From Lytechinus pictus (taxonomy: Eukaryota): DNA of 64,000 nt. The DNA lies in contig NC_087259.1 in the NCBI RefSeq assembly GCF_037042905.1, forward strand, positions 22,506,001 through 22,570,000, read 5' to 3'. Of the stretch, positions 50,980 through 64,000 are shown piece after piece. The notes beneath the pieces were generated by a model that worked only from the letters and a program-made list of their open reading frames with translations, ran no database searches and was not told where the DNA came from. Position numbers and translations under genes: made by a program. The stretch's first letter is position 1. The number at the start of each line of letters is the position of its first letter.

Positions 50980-51157
50980 CAGGGGTGTGAGAGTTCAGAT
51001 TTTTATCTGATTTCAGATTTTTTTTTTTTTCAGCTTAATTTCAGCTTATATTTGGCCTTCCTCTGTACAAAAAGTATGGGAGCTCTTTCTATTTCAGCCT
51101 TTTTCAACACTCTTCAGCTTTTTCAGATCTTTATATTCGTGACCACTCACACCCCTG
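50980..51157. mobile_element. Small hAT MITE (also at 56981-57160), nested in a piggyBac-like fragment
   Basis: TIRs CAGGGGTGTGAG / CTCACACCCCTG and an 8-bp TSD GTCAGACC; present in both duplication units. Confidence 0.85.
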
Positions 51158-51647
51158 GTCAGACCCCAAATTGCTCTAAAACATGAATTAATGTACAAAA
51201 CCTGTTTCTCTGCATACCAATTTTATTATTTTTTTTTTTACCAGCTTTTGTCCTTCCACATAATTTTATTTTATGGAAAGTTTTGATGGTTTGAAGGGAT
51301 GAGACGGTGCTTAACCTTTACCTCAACTTTGTTAAAGGTACTTTAGTTTGGATCTCTGGGATTGGGAATTTTCCAAGGGTAGTGTAGAAAATTGGGTTTG
51401 ACCTGGACAATATTTTAGCATTCAGAAGGCAAATTCATAATAGGCAAACTGTTTTTTTATAATATCATGGGAGCCGAATCAGATGATATGGGCCTATCTA
51501 CTCAATATCATTTACCCATTGTTTCAATTTATATCTTACAGCTCTATCAGCCACTCTGCATTTTTATTTGTTTTTGCTATGTTTGGCTTCAGTCAACTGA
51601 TTGGAAGGAGCAATATAAGATTTTAGAATTGATACTTTTAAAAATAT

Positions 51648-51722
51648 ACCCCATGATAAAATGCCATGAAAAAAGCTGGAATTACCATATCATTAACGGT
51701 GATTTTAGAATGGTAAGTGGAT
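51648..51722 (+). pseudogene. Decayed SNORD65-like copy (duplicate of the intron 2 copy)
   Basis: Guide retained; D' further mutated from ATGA to ATCA; no box D. Confidence 0.7.
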
Positions 51723-52159
51723 TTATACACTAAAAAAATCAAGCTCTTTGATTTCTCTGCTTGACTGTTTTTATTTCTTTTGTTTTTACTCTTGTTTCCT
51801 CTTTGTCTTTGGATCATACATTCATGACATAATATCCCTAAGTTCAGACTTGCAGTGATTTCATATAAATGCAAGGAATAATTTTCCTGTCATCGCATCT
51901 CAATTTGCTCCACATTGATACATTTTTGTGTGTTTTGCATAGAATTCCAGAATTTTGTTGAGAGCTTTTTTCTTATGACTAAAATATACTAACCAAGTTT
52001 GGTCAGTAAAATTCAATCCCTGTAATGAAGCTTCTCAGCAGCATTTTTTAAAGGGTTTAGGTGGAAGTTGGTGAACCCTTAAAGCGGGTTTAAATTTATG
52101 ATTGCCTTGTAGCTTGTGGCAAAAGTTTAACTTTTCGCTCTTTGCTCTTTCCATTACAG

Positions 52160-55100
52160 ATAGCGTACGCCAAGTTGGAGGGAGACATCATTGTATGCGC
52201 TGCATACGCTCATGAACTCCCCCGCTATGGTGTCAAGGTCGGGCTGACCAACTATGCTGCAGCGTACTGCACAGGACTGCTCCTGGCTCGCAGGGTAAGT
52301 AGCTGTTCTTTACCCCATCGGAAACATGACCAAGGCAATAAATAGCTACTTAAAAAGACTGTTATCGCTATTGGCTAAAATAGTTCTCTGTAAGCACCAC
52401 ATTTGACCTCTACAAAATCTGTGATCAAATCCTCTCCAGTTGTGTTAGATGCTTAAGCTGATTAAACAAAAGTATGTGCAATTGATTTTTTTCTACTATC
52501 ATTGTATTGCATGATTGTTCGATTACCATGCTAAAAACTTGCTGCATTCATTCACCCTTCCCCCCAAATGAATGTATTGATACAAGCTTTGGAAGGGGAG
52601 GGTTGCAATTTACAGGATTTTTCATCAACTTATGTTAGTCTGTTGACTTAAAGGTTGTACCGTTTCACAAAATGATATTGAAAACCTACCCATTCTGAAA
52701 CATTGTATGAAATATTTTTACAGAATTGAGTCTGCCATGAATTGTATCTTGTTCCATTTGAACAGATTCTGAAGAAGTTCAACTTGGACAGTATCTATGA
52801 GGGTCAGACAGAGCCAGATGGTGACGACTACTTGGTAGAGTCAGAGGAGGGCAAGGCCGGTGCCTTCCGGTGCTTCTTGGACGTTGGTCTTGCCAGAACC
52901 AGCACTGGTGCCAAGGTGTTTGGAGCACTCAAAGGTGCCGTTGACGGCGGTCTGGAGATCCCTCACAGGTAAGGTATACATGAAGTCCATTCATTGACAG
53001 TTAACTTGGCAATTCATGAAGGTGAGTTTGCTCTCTTCCCTTAGTATGCTGGCCTTTTTCTGCTTCAAATCTCATTTGCCAGCAAGGCAGGCAACGCTGA
53101 GGCAATTAAGAGGGAATGACCGAGGAAATTGAGAGTCACTTCTCGCAGGTCCTCTTGTTAATATTAGTACAAATAAGGTCACAAGGCCACTCAAAAATTA
53201 TTTTGAAAAAAAAGATCTCTTAACCCTATAAAAGGCCTTGGGGGGGCGGAATCCCCCCTCCCCCTCTACATTTTTCGCGATAAATCCGCCGGCGAAATTT
53301 TTAACTGCGTCTCTCACTGACTTTCAAATCTCGCACAACTTTTGAGACCAAATTTGCAATGCCCAGGTACGCAGTCACAAAATTATGCAACATAATGCAA
53401 GTGCATGTCAGACCCAAAACTGCTCAAAAACATGAATTCATGTACAAATCCTATGCAAATTGTGTATTTAGCCAAAATTCATAAATGTATCATTATTTCT
53501 ACTTTTACTGATTAAACTAAATTAATTTTCTCTTGTTTATGATTAGAATTAAGTCTGCAACACTTTCCATCGAAAAAACAGTAAAAAACAAAAAGTGGAA
53601 AACAAAGAAATACATAAATTAAAAAACAATAAAATTTATAAGAAAAAATTTGTAATGCCAAATTTTTTTTTAAACATTTGATCGGGATCCTACAAAGAGT
53701 ATGTGAATAAAATAATTAGCAGTTTGGGGGCCGTATGATAGTTGATTAGAGCACCCGGGGCTCGTAGATACTGGCCAACAATGAATGAATGAAATAATGG
53801 ACTCGTTTATGACAGAAGTACACCCATTGATGAGATGCCAAAAAATAGCTGGAATTACCGTATGATAATTGCTGATTCAAGCTTGGCGGCTGAGGGTGAA
53901 TTAAAATATGATTGCTTTTTTGTCAAGGCTTCTGATGGAAAAAAGACTCTTGTTAACTAGCAAAAGTAATCCTTGCATAAGAGTAATATTTGCAGAAGTC
54001 AAGGCAATTTTATGACAAGATTATACAGTACATGTACACATTGCTATGGTCTCATAATATTGAAGTGAGGCAAAGTTACTAATCGAAGATATTTGTGAAC
54101 AGCTTATGGATACACCGTACCAAGGTCTGCATTGCCAAATACGGAACATCCAGGGGGGGGGGGTGTTTCACAAAGATTTTTTTTTCTAAGTATGACTTTA
54201 GAGTCAAACTTAAATGCCGACGCGAACATGATATGCAACACGCAATCTTATTGATCAATAAGCAGTAGTGCGCATCCTCATTGCATGATCTGACCAATGT
54301 GGTCATGCCTTTTATACCGCACGCAACTAGACATTTAAGTGCATCTCTAAGTCATACTTTTATCTTTGTGAAATGCCCTCCTGATGTGAAGTAGAGCAGA
54401 GAGAAACTGATCTCTATTGACAAATTCATCACCTTTGTGTTTTCTCCTACATAGCAACAAGCGCTTCCCGGGATACGACTCGGAAAGTAGTGAGTTCAGT
54501 GCAGAGGTCCACAGGAAGTACATCTTTGGCGGTCACGTTGCTGACTACATGAAAGAACTTCAAGAAGAAGATGACGAGGCTTACAAACGTCAGTTCTCCC
54601 AGTTCATCAAAAATGACATCACACCAGATTCAGTAAGTTCTTTACCCATCAACGTCTATGCTTTATACATCCAGGGCCCTATTGCAGACATAGGGCAGAC
54701 AAAAAGTGGTGCTCAAAATTTAGTGAACTCCACCAGAAAATGAACATATTTAAATTGTTCAAGTTCTGCCATGTTTTAGATGTTTAATTGTAAAGTAAGG
54801 TGATAAAATATCACATTCAGTAAAGTTTGTTTCTCTGGGCTTGCCAAACTACATGTCTACATTCAACACTGCATGAAGGAGTACATTTTGTGGTTGGATT
54901 CACTTTTGAGTACAACTGTATTTTTTTTAAAATAACCTTGGTCTTTGGAAGTAGGTCTTGAAGATTGGCTGCTTACTTTTTGAAAAAAAAAATGATGGAT
55001 TGAATTGAGAAAGAAGTTGTGGAGGAGTTGGCCAATAGGAGGGATGTAGTCAGGTTCGACCTCGAGGCCAATTCTTGCCAGCCTCTGCCTGAGTCACATG

Positions 55101-56568
55101 TACAAAATCTATGTGGAAAAGTTTACTCCATCGGCCTTGTGGCTAAAAAATAACACTATAGCCTCGACTACATCTCTGGCTAATAGTCAATCCCTTGGTT
55201 TTTGTGATCAAACTTCAAAGTAGTGCCATCAGTGACTCCATTAGGATATTTCTTTCCAAGACTTCTTTGTGATTTGTCTGATGCACACTTCTGCTCGAAA
55301 GGATGCTAGTAGGGACAAAGTTTCAAGTTTTGTTTTTTATCCTGTGAATGTCACTCTCAAAGTGATGAAGATGTGACCCCCACTTGATGAAATCCACCCT
55401 GTGATGATATGCCAATATATAGCTGGAATTACCGTATGAACTATACTGATTCAACCTTGGCAGCTGAGGGTACTAAGGATGTAACTCTAGTTATGCTTCA
55501 GATAAATTTGGCTGTCCCTGTTCTGAATGAATAAACCTTTTCAAATGTTAGCACTATTATTGACATGTTCATTTAACCGGTATTTTCTTTTTGGCCAAAA
55601 ATGTTACAATTGGAATTATCTGCATGTGAAATTGGCAAACGAAAGCATATTCGATGTTTATAGCTTGTACAGATTTATATGAAATGTATAATTGTAATGA
55701 GCCCTTTGTTACTGTATAGATGAATATAAAGGATGTCAATTCCATGGCGATAGACCGCAATATGCATGTATTTAACATAGGTTATTTTCAGATTGTGAAT
55801 TGTATCCTATGACTTTTACTTTCAGCTTGAAGCTATGTACAAGAAGGCCCACGATGACATCAGGGCCGATCCTGAGGCCAAGTCAAAGAAGGATTTTGCT
55901 GGAAAGACCAAAAGGTGAGCTTTAATTAGACTAAAAGGAAACCAGGGCATAAGGTGTGGAAGGGAAAGAAGCTACAGTCAAATCTCTTCAAGATTCCTTT
56001 ATTGCTCTTATGTGTGTTATCCACCTTGTGATGAGATGCCAAAAAATAGCTGGAATTACCGTATGATATTTACTGATTCAAGCTTGGCGGCTGAAGGTGT
56101 TTGTTCATCGAGAGCGATTCTTATAATTTTTGTAAGAATCAATGAAAAATTTATATTGTAGTAAAAATACAGTGTTTAACAGGTTGAATAATTTGAGCTG
56201 GGATACTCATTTTCTCCCATCATCTTGATGGAAATGCTTTCATGAATTGATAAAATGTACATTTTAATATTAGAAGTAAGGAGTAATTTGTTGAGATACA
56301 AGTGCATGTAACATTTAATATGTGTATTTAACTAGATAACCTACATCAAAATACATGTTATTGTAAAAAGCTGGAACCAGAATATTACCATGTTGTATTG
56401 CAGCTTGGAGTCTCCGACTATATTTGTTGTCATGATAATTTATTTTTATCATAATTCTGAATTTGTTGCTTCAGATGGAACCGTGCCAAGCTCACCCTGG
56501 CCCAACGCAGGGACCGTGTCCGGCAGAAGAAAGCATCCTTCCTTTACGCCAACCAGTCTCACGACTAA
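52160..56568 (+). CDS. RPL5: Second, 5'-truncated copy of RPL5 (exons 3-7 only); tandem duplicate or uncollapsed allele
   Basis: Exons 52160-52294, 52766-52968, 54455-54632, 55826-55914 and 56475-56568 have intact splice sites. The only exon differences I saw are synonymous (TAC/TAT, GAT/GAC, CAT/CAC, GAT/GAC). No exon 1 or exon 2 lies between the two copies. Confidence 0.8.
53821..53898 (+). ncRNA. SNORD65: Box C/D snoRNA, SNORD65/snR77-like (duplicate of the intron 4 copy)
   Basis: Same boxes, guide and stem as 47822-47899. Confidence 0.85.
55396..55471 (+). ncRNA. SNORD65: Box C/D snoRNA, SNORD65/snR77-like (duplicate of the intron 5 copy)
   Basis: Same boxes, guide and stem as 49400-49475. 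Confidence 0.85.
56022..56099 (+). ncRNA. SNORD65: Box C/D snoRNA, SNORD65/snR77-like (duplicate of the intron 6 copy)
   Basis: As 50023-50100, but the terminal stem here is the fully Watson-Crick CACCT/AGGTG. Confidence 0.85.
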
Positions 56569-59500
56569 GTCATCAACTCCTCATCGTCGTCCTCCTCCTC
56601 ACATCATCCAATATCAAGTACTTCAATTCCGGAATAAACAATGAACATGAACTTCACATGCAATACTCCTCATAGACAATATCACCTGGGGCTCGTAGAT
56701 ACTGGCCAACAATGAATGAATGAATGAAATAATGGACTCGTTTGCGACAGAAGTGATAACATCGGCAACTGGCTTTGGGCCGGTATAAAGTGGCTAATAA
56801 AATATTGATGACATGTATTTAAAACCGTGTGTGTTGTGTTTTTATTTCGTATTGGTAGAAATGTTTGAATATGTGTCAATGCAGAGAATGTGATCATGAT
56901 CAAGGCAAAGCACTGTGTGATTCGTTCAAAAAGTATGTGGTTGCAAAATTACGTACCATTATGTAAATGCATGTCAGACCCAGGGGTGTGAGAGTTCAGA
57001 TTTCTATCTGATTTCAGATTTTTTTTTTTTTTCAGCTTAATTTCAGCTTATATTTGGCCTTCCTTTGTACAAAAAGTATGGGAGCTTTTTCTATTCCAGA
57101 CTTTTTCAACACTCTTCAGCTTTTTTCAGATCGTTTTATTTGTGACCACTCACACCCCTGGTCAGACCCCAAATTGCTCTAAAACATGAATTGATGTACA
57201 AAACCTATGCAAAAGTATCTAGCCAAAATTCTTACATGTATTATTATTTCTACTTTTACTGATTAAAGGTCATGTCCACCTCAGAAAAATGTTGATTTGA
57301 ATCAATAGAGAAAATTCAAACCAGCATAATGGTGAAAATTTCATCAAAATCGGATGTAAAATAAGAAAGTTATGACAATTTTAAGTTTCGCTTATTTTTC
57401 ACAAAATAGTTATATGCACAATTTTTGTCACATGGAAATGAGATGGTCAATGTCCCTCACTATTTTTTTGTTTTTTATTGTTTGAATTACACTATATTCA
57501 ATTTTTTACAGATTTGTCAATAAGGACCAACTTATTCACATCAACTTTGTGTTGGGGTGGACTTGTCCTTCATGGCTGATCGGGATCTTAAATTAAAAAT
57601 TAGCTGTTTAGGGCTGTATTTCGTTAAAAGGATTTCTTTATTTTACGTACAATAGGAAAAATTAAACTGCAGCCTTGTAGATTTCATCACACACTACCTC
57701 TGTGCAAATTTTATTGGTGCTTGCGTTATCAGTGACCGAGATGTTGGGGGGGGGGGCAGAAGCTCTTGCCCCAACATTGCATGACTATCATGCAGGTACA
57801 AAAATAATGAACAAAAAAAATGTGTAAGACACAAAAGAAAAGTTATTGAAATGTGGCATGAGCTCATTACCACAAAAAATGGTTTTAGGGGGATTAAGAT
57901 TATTTTAAAATTTCCTCAAAATTGAGACGCAGTGGACGTCAACAAGGCCAAAATTTATCATCACTCCACACTTATGACAAAACTAAATGCAACATGAAAG
58001 ATGTACATTTGAAATTTCTTTATTGTATTCTTCATATATTCATCTGATATTTATAAACAAGTGGTGGGTGTTTCATAAAGCCATTTGTAAGAAACGAATG
58101 ACTGCACTGACTGGTGACCTTTTCTTGTGCTAAATATATAACCCTATGTAGCCGAAATGGCACTAAGAACATACCCCAGTCTTGTATAAAGTCATGCACA
58201 ACTTAACAGCTTTATGAAATGCCTACCAGGAGCATTTACACACATTTACATTTGCTACTGAACATTACAAAACATTACATATGGAAATGAAGTAAAGGCT
58301 ACTATTTGAATATCAGGATATGAAAGCAAGAAAAGCAATTATACTAGTGATTTTAATTTAAGCCCCAAAAGAACAAAGATAATATTTTACTGAGAAGTAC
58401 AAAGAGTCAACTCAAGCAATTTAAATTTGGGTTTTGAGTTTATTGTAGTTTTGATTTGAACATCAAGATAGAGAAATGAAATGGATGTCATTCTTTGGTA
58501 TGGTTGACTGTATTCTGCAGCAAATATTTACATAAGTTAGCTTTTCTTCTTTCGACTCTGCATTACTTCTTTCTCACAAACACATTTCGATGTGAAATAA
58601 TTTCTCTGTGTTGCACAGATTGAAATCTTTTAAACCCAACATTTTTCTTTCTCCTGCACGAGCAACAATAAGTCTACTGGCACTGATCATACCTTCACCT
58701 CGTTTTCAATCATGAAAATGCAAGGTGCATATACCTACAGTTTATTACTATATCACCTATGGCGGGGGGGGGGGGCAGCATGCACATGAATTTTTGGATG
58801 AGTGAATTGTGCTCTGCCAACATTTTGCTTTTGAAAACAGTTTTTCTTTAAAAAGATGGCTAATTATTACCCTGTTTTCAAGTTACAAATGGTGGATTAT
58901 AAAGTAAGCTACGAATGGTAAGATACAAAACTACTGCTATATAATGCAATTGGATAAATCTTACTAAGGCAGGTCGAATCTCTTGGAACAGAATTTTGTT
59001 AGACTTGAGTAAAATTCAACTTTGAAATGGAAATATAATATAAATAAATATATATTTTAATAGGCAATCATTGGACTCAATGATGAACATCTATGCAAAA
59101 TTTTTCATTCATCCTGCAAAGAGATTGGCCAAGAGAAATTAAGAAATGTACATTTCATGTGTTTGCAATTTATATATTTTTCAAACACAGACCAGATATC
59201 CAAACATCAACTGCAATTTAGGCAACTATCTATAGGTACCTTTGCCTGAATCAAATTCATTGGGACCACTAAAATATGTTCGACCTAGGGAGAAATCTGA
59301 CTTTAAGGTCTACATTATGTTTGAATAATCTGTACTGACTGCACAGAAACGTTGTTAACGCATTGTGTGCTAACAGGGGCCCTGTTACAACCGGTAATGT
59401 GGCAGTGATGCCTAATGTTACAATACATTACTTACATTGAAATAAATGTTTTGACTTCATAATCTAAAAGATGTGTCTGGGCTTACTGATAGCGCTCTGT

Positions 59501-59740
59501 TAGGTTAACAATGTTTCTGTGCAGCCGGCACAGGTCTATACAAAATGATTTGACTTGAGAAAATATTTGACTTTACCGATATCCCTAAAAGATTCTTAAA
59601 CATTGGCTAGCAAATCCATGTACAAGCATACTTTGTATGTGAAACATGAGTTGTGATATTCATTTAGCAACTGCAAAGGAATTAACCAACCAACTTTGTA
59701 AGATGGAAATCATCATTCCGAGTTATCAAATTCTTCCAAA

Positions 59741-60097
59741 AACAAGTGGAGCGCCTCTGGCAGTCTCGCCTGCATTACGCGATTCAATATTGCCGCAGTG
59801 CTGACTTTGAAAATGACTATCAAATAATCATTCACAAAAACACAATTCATATAATAATATACTACGTTCATTGACCGTAAGAGACATTTGACCTTGATCA
59901 TGTGATCTGAAACTCAGGCATGATGTTCAGTAATACTTGGTAACCCTTAAGTCCAAGTTTCATGAACTAGATCCATATACTTCATAAGTTATGATTTCAA
60001 AAACTTAACCTTAGGTTAAGATTTGATGTTGACGCTAATGCCGCTGTCGGAAAAGCAGCAGCTATAGTCACGCACTGCTATGCAGGCGAGACAAAAA
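59741..60097 (-). mobile_element. Short HINE/DINE-like element with a single internal unit
   Basis: Same termini as the 24279 family. Confidence 0.7.
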
Positions 60098-61702
60098 TTA
60101 ATGAAGAATATCTTGTCTATCAATATCAAATTTTTAAAAATCATGCATTTTTTTATTCAATCGAGTTGTATTAGTTGTAATAGTATAATTTTTTAAAATA
60201 TATTTTATAAAATGCCTTGCTTCATGCATTGTCTTTAATCAACTACAATCCATAATGTGAACTTCCCATGAGGGTTTTGAACAAGATGGTCATATTTGCA
60301 ACAATATTACATTCTTCAACACAGACTGATTAAATGTATTCCTCCATTTTTCCAAAATTTTCCAATCATGGGACTGTCATATTTATCAGAGAGGTTTAAT
60401 TGCAATAACAAAATGTTTCAATGTACTGCTTCATACAATGTATGTTGTGCATTTCTCAACATCAATCATCATTAAATTGAGACTCATGATACTTTGTACA
60501 AAGTTGGTTAAACATACGGTTTATACATTATGTATTATTACATTATCTCCATCAACCAGAATATAAATAACAAGGAAGCATAATATGAAGGCAATTAATA
60601 CTTGTCTGCATTTAAAATAAAATATCAACATGAAAAACAAAATTAGAGGACATTCATATAAGACTTAAGGCATATGCTATTGTTATTCTTTAATCAATGT
60701 ATGTAATGTATTCTTTACACTAATTGTCTCTCCTTGTCCTAATTACTTTCTCAACATTATTAGAATTCAAGTGACTACCATACACCAATGATTTATGCTT
60801 TTCAGAGAAATAAAAAATAAAAAAACAAGAAATTCAAAGAAGATATACCAGAAAAATACTCATTAATTATCTCCTCTGATACACCACATTTATATCAAAG
60901 AAGACAGTTGAGAAAGTGTTTTCTTTAAGCAGTCACCATTAATTTCACTCAAGTCATGAGTAAGTCAAATAAATGGGACTTAACAATTAGTTTTGAAAAG
61001 AAAAAGACTAATACAAAGTGTACAGTTTATACAATATCAATCATTAAGTGGTGTTGTAAGTTACGATTATTAAGTACCTCAAAGGTGTGATCCGCCTTTG
61101 ACTGTACTTCTTTACCAGGTATCTTGCTCAGAGACTTGATCCATTTCAATCACAGCCCCAGCCCCCCCCCCCCCTTCAATGGGGAAGGAACAATGCGCGA
61201 TTCAGCAAAATAAACATTACATCTTAATAAAAAATTGTGAATCTAATGAAAAACCATGTCATGGACATAGAACTATCAAATATAATATTTCCTGATAGAG
61301 TGTCTTTTCCCAAATAATTTGATAAAAGCTTGGATATTCTTTGCTGTGATTAAAAAATTGACTTGTGTAACTGCAATGAGTGATTCAAATGTCCCTAAAG
61401 TCAAAATCCAACACAAGTTCAGAAAATTTCCATGCGAAATACCTATTTAATTAGATCAACGTAGGCTCATGATTGACAACAAATAGTGTTTAATGGCCAG
61501 GTTTTGTAAAATAACTTATTGAGAAGGTATTTCGCTATGAATTTTACTGCAATTCATGTAGGAATATGCCTTCATCGACATCTGGATTCATTCACTGCAC
61601 TTATGCCTTTCATTGGCACAATATTTACAATACTCATTATGATCAAGTTTTTTTCATTGAAATGACAATATTTGAGGCCTGTGCATATGCCGCATATCCA
61701 TC

Positions 61703-62737
61703 AACAAGTGGAACGCCTCTGGCAGTCTCGCCTGCATTACGCGATTTAATATAGCAGCAGTGCTAACTTTGAAAACTACTATAAAATAATCGTTCACAAA
61801 AACACCATTCATATAATGACTTAATACCACGTTCATTGACCATAAATGACATTTGAACGGTGACTAAAGACTTGTCAACTACACCCATGTCCACATTTCA
61901 TTCACTGTCTCCATAAACTTTCAAAGTTATGATGGCAATTCAACAATTACCCCAACATGGCCTAAGTTTATTGACCTTAACTGACCTTTGACCTTGGTTT
62001 TGTGACCTGAAACTCACAGGGGATGTTCAGTGATACTTGATTACTCTTATATCCCAAGTTTTATGAACTAGATCCATAAACTTTCAGAGTTAGGATGGTA
62101 ATTTAACAAATACCCCCAACACAGCCAAAGTTCATTGACTTTAAATGACCATTGAGCATGGTCATGTGACCTGAAACTCTCACAGGATATTCAGTGGTAC
62201 TTGATTAACCTAATGTCTAAGTTTCATGAACTAGATCCGTAAATTTTCAAAGTTATGATAGTAATTCAACAAATACCCCCAACTTGACCAAAGTTCATTG
62301 ACCCTAAATGACCTTTGACCTTGGTCACGTGACCTGAAACTCAAGCAGGATGTTTACTAATACTTGATTAACCTTATGCCCAAGTTTCATGAACTACGTC
62401 CATATACTTTCTAAGTTATGTCATTTCAAAAACTTAACCTTTGGTTAAGATTTTGAAAATAATTCTCCTAACATGGTCTAAGTTCATTGACCCTAAATGA
62501 CCTTTGACCTTGGTCATGTGACCTGAAACTCAGGCAGGATATTAAGTAATACTTTATTAACCTTATGTTCAAGTTTCATGAACTAGGTCCATATACTTTT
62601 TAAGTTATGATGTAATTTCAAAAACTTAACCTTAGGTTAAGATTTGATGTTGACGCCGCCGCTGCCGCCGCCACCGCCGTCGCCGTCGGAAAAAGCGGCG
62701 CCTATAGTTTCGCTCTGCTATGCAGGCGAGACAAAAA
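61703..62737 (-). mobile_element. HINE/DINE-like tandem-repeat element
   Basis: Same termini, about 5-6 internal units, and (GCC)n near one end. Confidence 0.75.
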
Positions 62738-64000
62738 CCACTGGACACGACTTTGGTGAAAATACCATCATACGCACAGGCTCTTCCTTCACATTTACAG
62801 AGCCACAGAATTCAAACAAGACTAATATTCACAACATTACTGGCACAAATTATTGCTTTGTATAATGCAATGGCTGTGCTAATCTATTAGAACCCCTTGA
62901 TACCAACCAGTATATTGTATGAATATTGCACTGGAAAGTTACTTGCCCTGAAACCAGATGCAAATCATACTCACTATATCAAAAATGAAATATGCAGGGA
63001 GTATATTGCATGCCAAAATTTTACAAGAAAATGGGGGGGGGGGGGTATTTGTTAGAAGAATAAGGTTGTTACATTCAAGATGAAAATTTACCGGGTTTCT
63101 CCTACATGTACAACACGGCACACTGGAAATGTACTGCATTGCAAAAGAGTGCAATCTTGCATCGCAACAATACTGGTACTTTTCGAGAATATGGCAACAG
63201 TGGCATTTTTATATTGATTGCAAGAATATTTTTACATCATAGCAATAAAAAGTAAAATTTTCCAGAACATATATTTCCTCTGAGCTTTGCAATGGATTCT
63301 GAAATAACATTTCAATATATACAATGATTTTGAATGTGAAACAGGCGATTGCACATTGATCTTAATATAACCTATTAAATTTGATTGATAAACTTCATGT
63401 ACGGACCACCATCTTACAGCAGAGAAAAAAAGGATATTTGTAAACTTATTTGTCATTTGGGACCCCCACTTCAATGGCCATTCATGATTTCTCAATTGTA
63501 AAGACTGTCGCACACCTTATGATTGGTCTGCCACCCATTTCGGAATGGAAATGTAGTAAGACGTGATGTGAAAATTGAAACATGGAACATATCACTGTGT
63601 AAGGTTCTAAATCATTGTATGAATATTGATGTTCATATCTGCAACTACTCTTCCATCCTTTTATTAATAAAAGCGAAATGGTTACCTATTAGTCATTCAT
63701 TAAATTGGCTACAATTTTGCATCATCCAAAATTTTTATTATTCTTACAGTTCATGTGAACCTCTTATAAAAAAGATACTTGTTCAGTTCCAGAAAATAAG
63801 CAAAAAGCGATTTGTTCAAAAATCAGATTGAGGACCAGTCGTAAGGTGTGCGGAGGTCTTGAGGCATCTACATGCATCTTGACTTCTTTATCCATTAAGC
63901 ATCTATCAACGCATCATCAGTGAGCAGCAAACTACTCATTGGAAAATTGGCATGATAGCAGTCATTGGTCATCTATCTAGCGATGTCTATCAATAGGCAT

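Larger units (their letters stand above)
45567..57205 (+). repeat. Direct tandem duplication, units about 45567-51203 and 51429-57205
   Basis: Colinear, near-identical introns, exons, 3'UTR and flanking MITEs at an offset of about 5.85-6.0 kb, with scattered substitutions and indels. Confidence 0.95.

Overview
AT-rich, intron- and transposon-rich animal genomic DNA; the repeat types suggest a sea urchin or other echinoderm, which is an inference. Two genes lie head-to-head around a shared promoter-like region at about 38.6-38.9 kb. (1) On the minus strand is a CCDC18-like coiled-coil gene with 28 coding exons (CDS 34136 to 6690, about 1733 aa, all splice phases consistent). (2) On the plus strand is ribosomal protein RPL5/uL18 (exons 2-7 at 45050-50569, probable ATG-only exon 1 at about 38.9 kb). 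RPL5 is followed by a ~5.8 kb tandem copy of its exons 3-7 that lacks the 5' exons; this is either a real duplication or an uncollapsed haplotype. The most notable feature is a repeated box C/D snoRNA (SNORD65/snR77-like, guiding the 18S decoding-loop 2'-O-methyl-U) in four RPL5 introns per gene copy: six intact and two decayed copies in total. The rest of the window is mostly nested non-autonomous DNA transposons (hAT-, piggyBac-, Kolobok-, mariner- and Helentron-like), SINEs and LINE 3' fragments.
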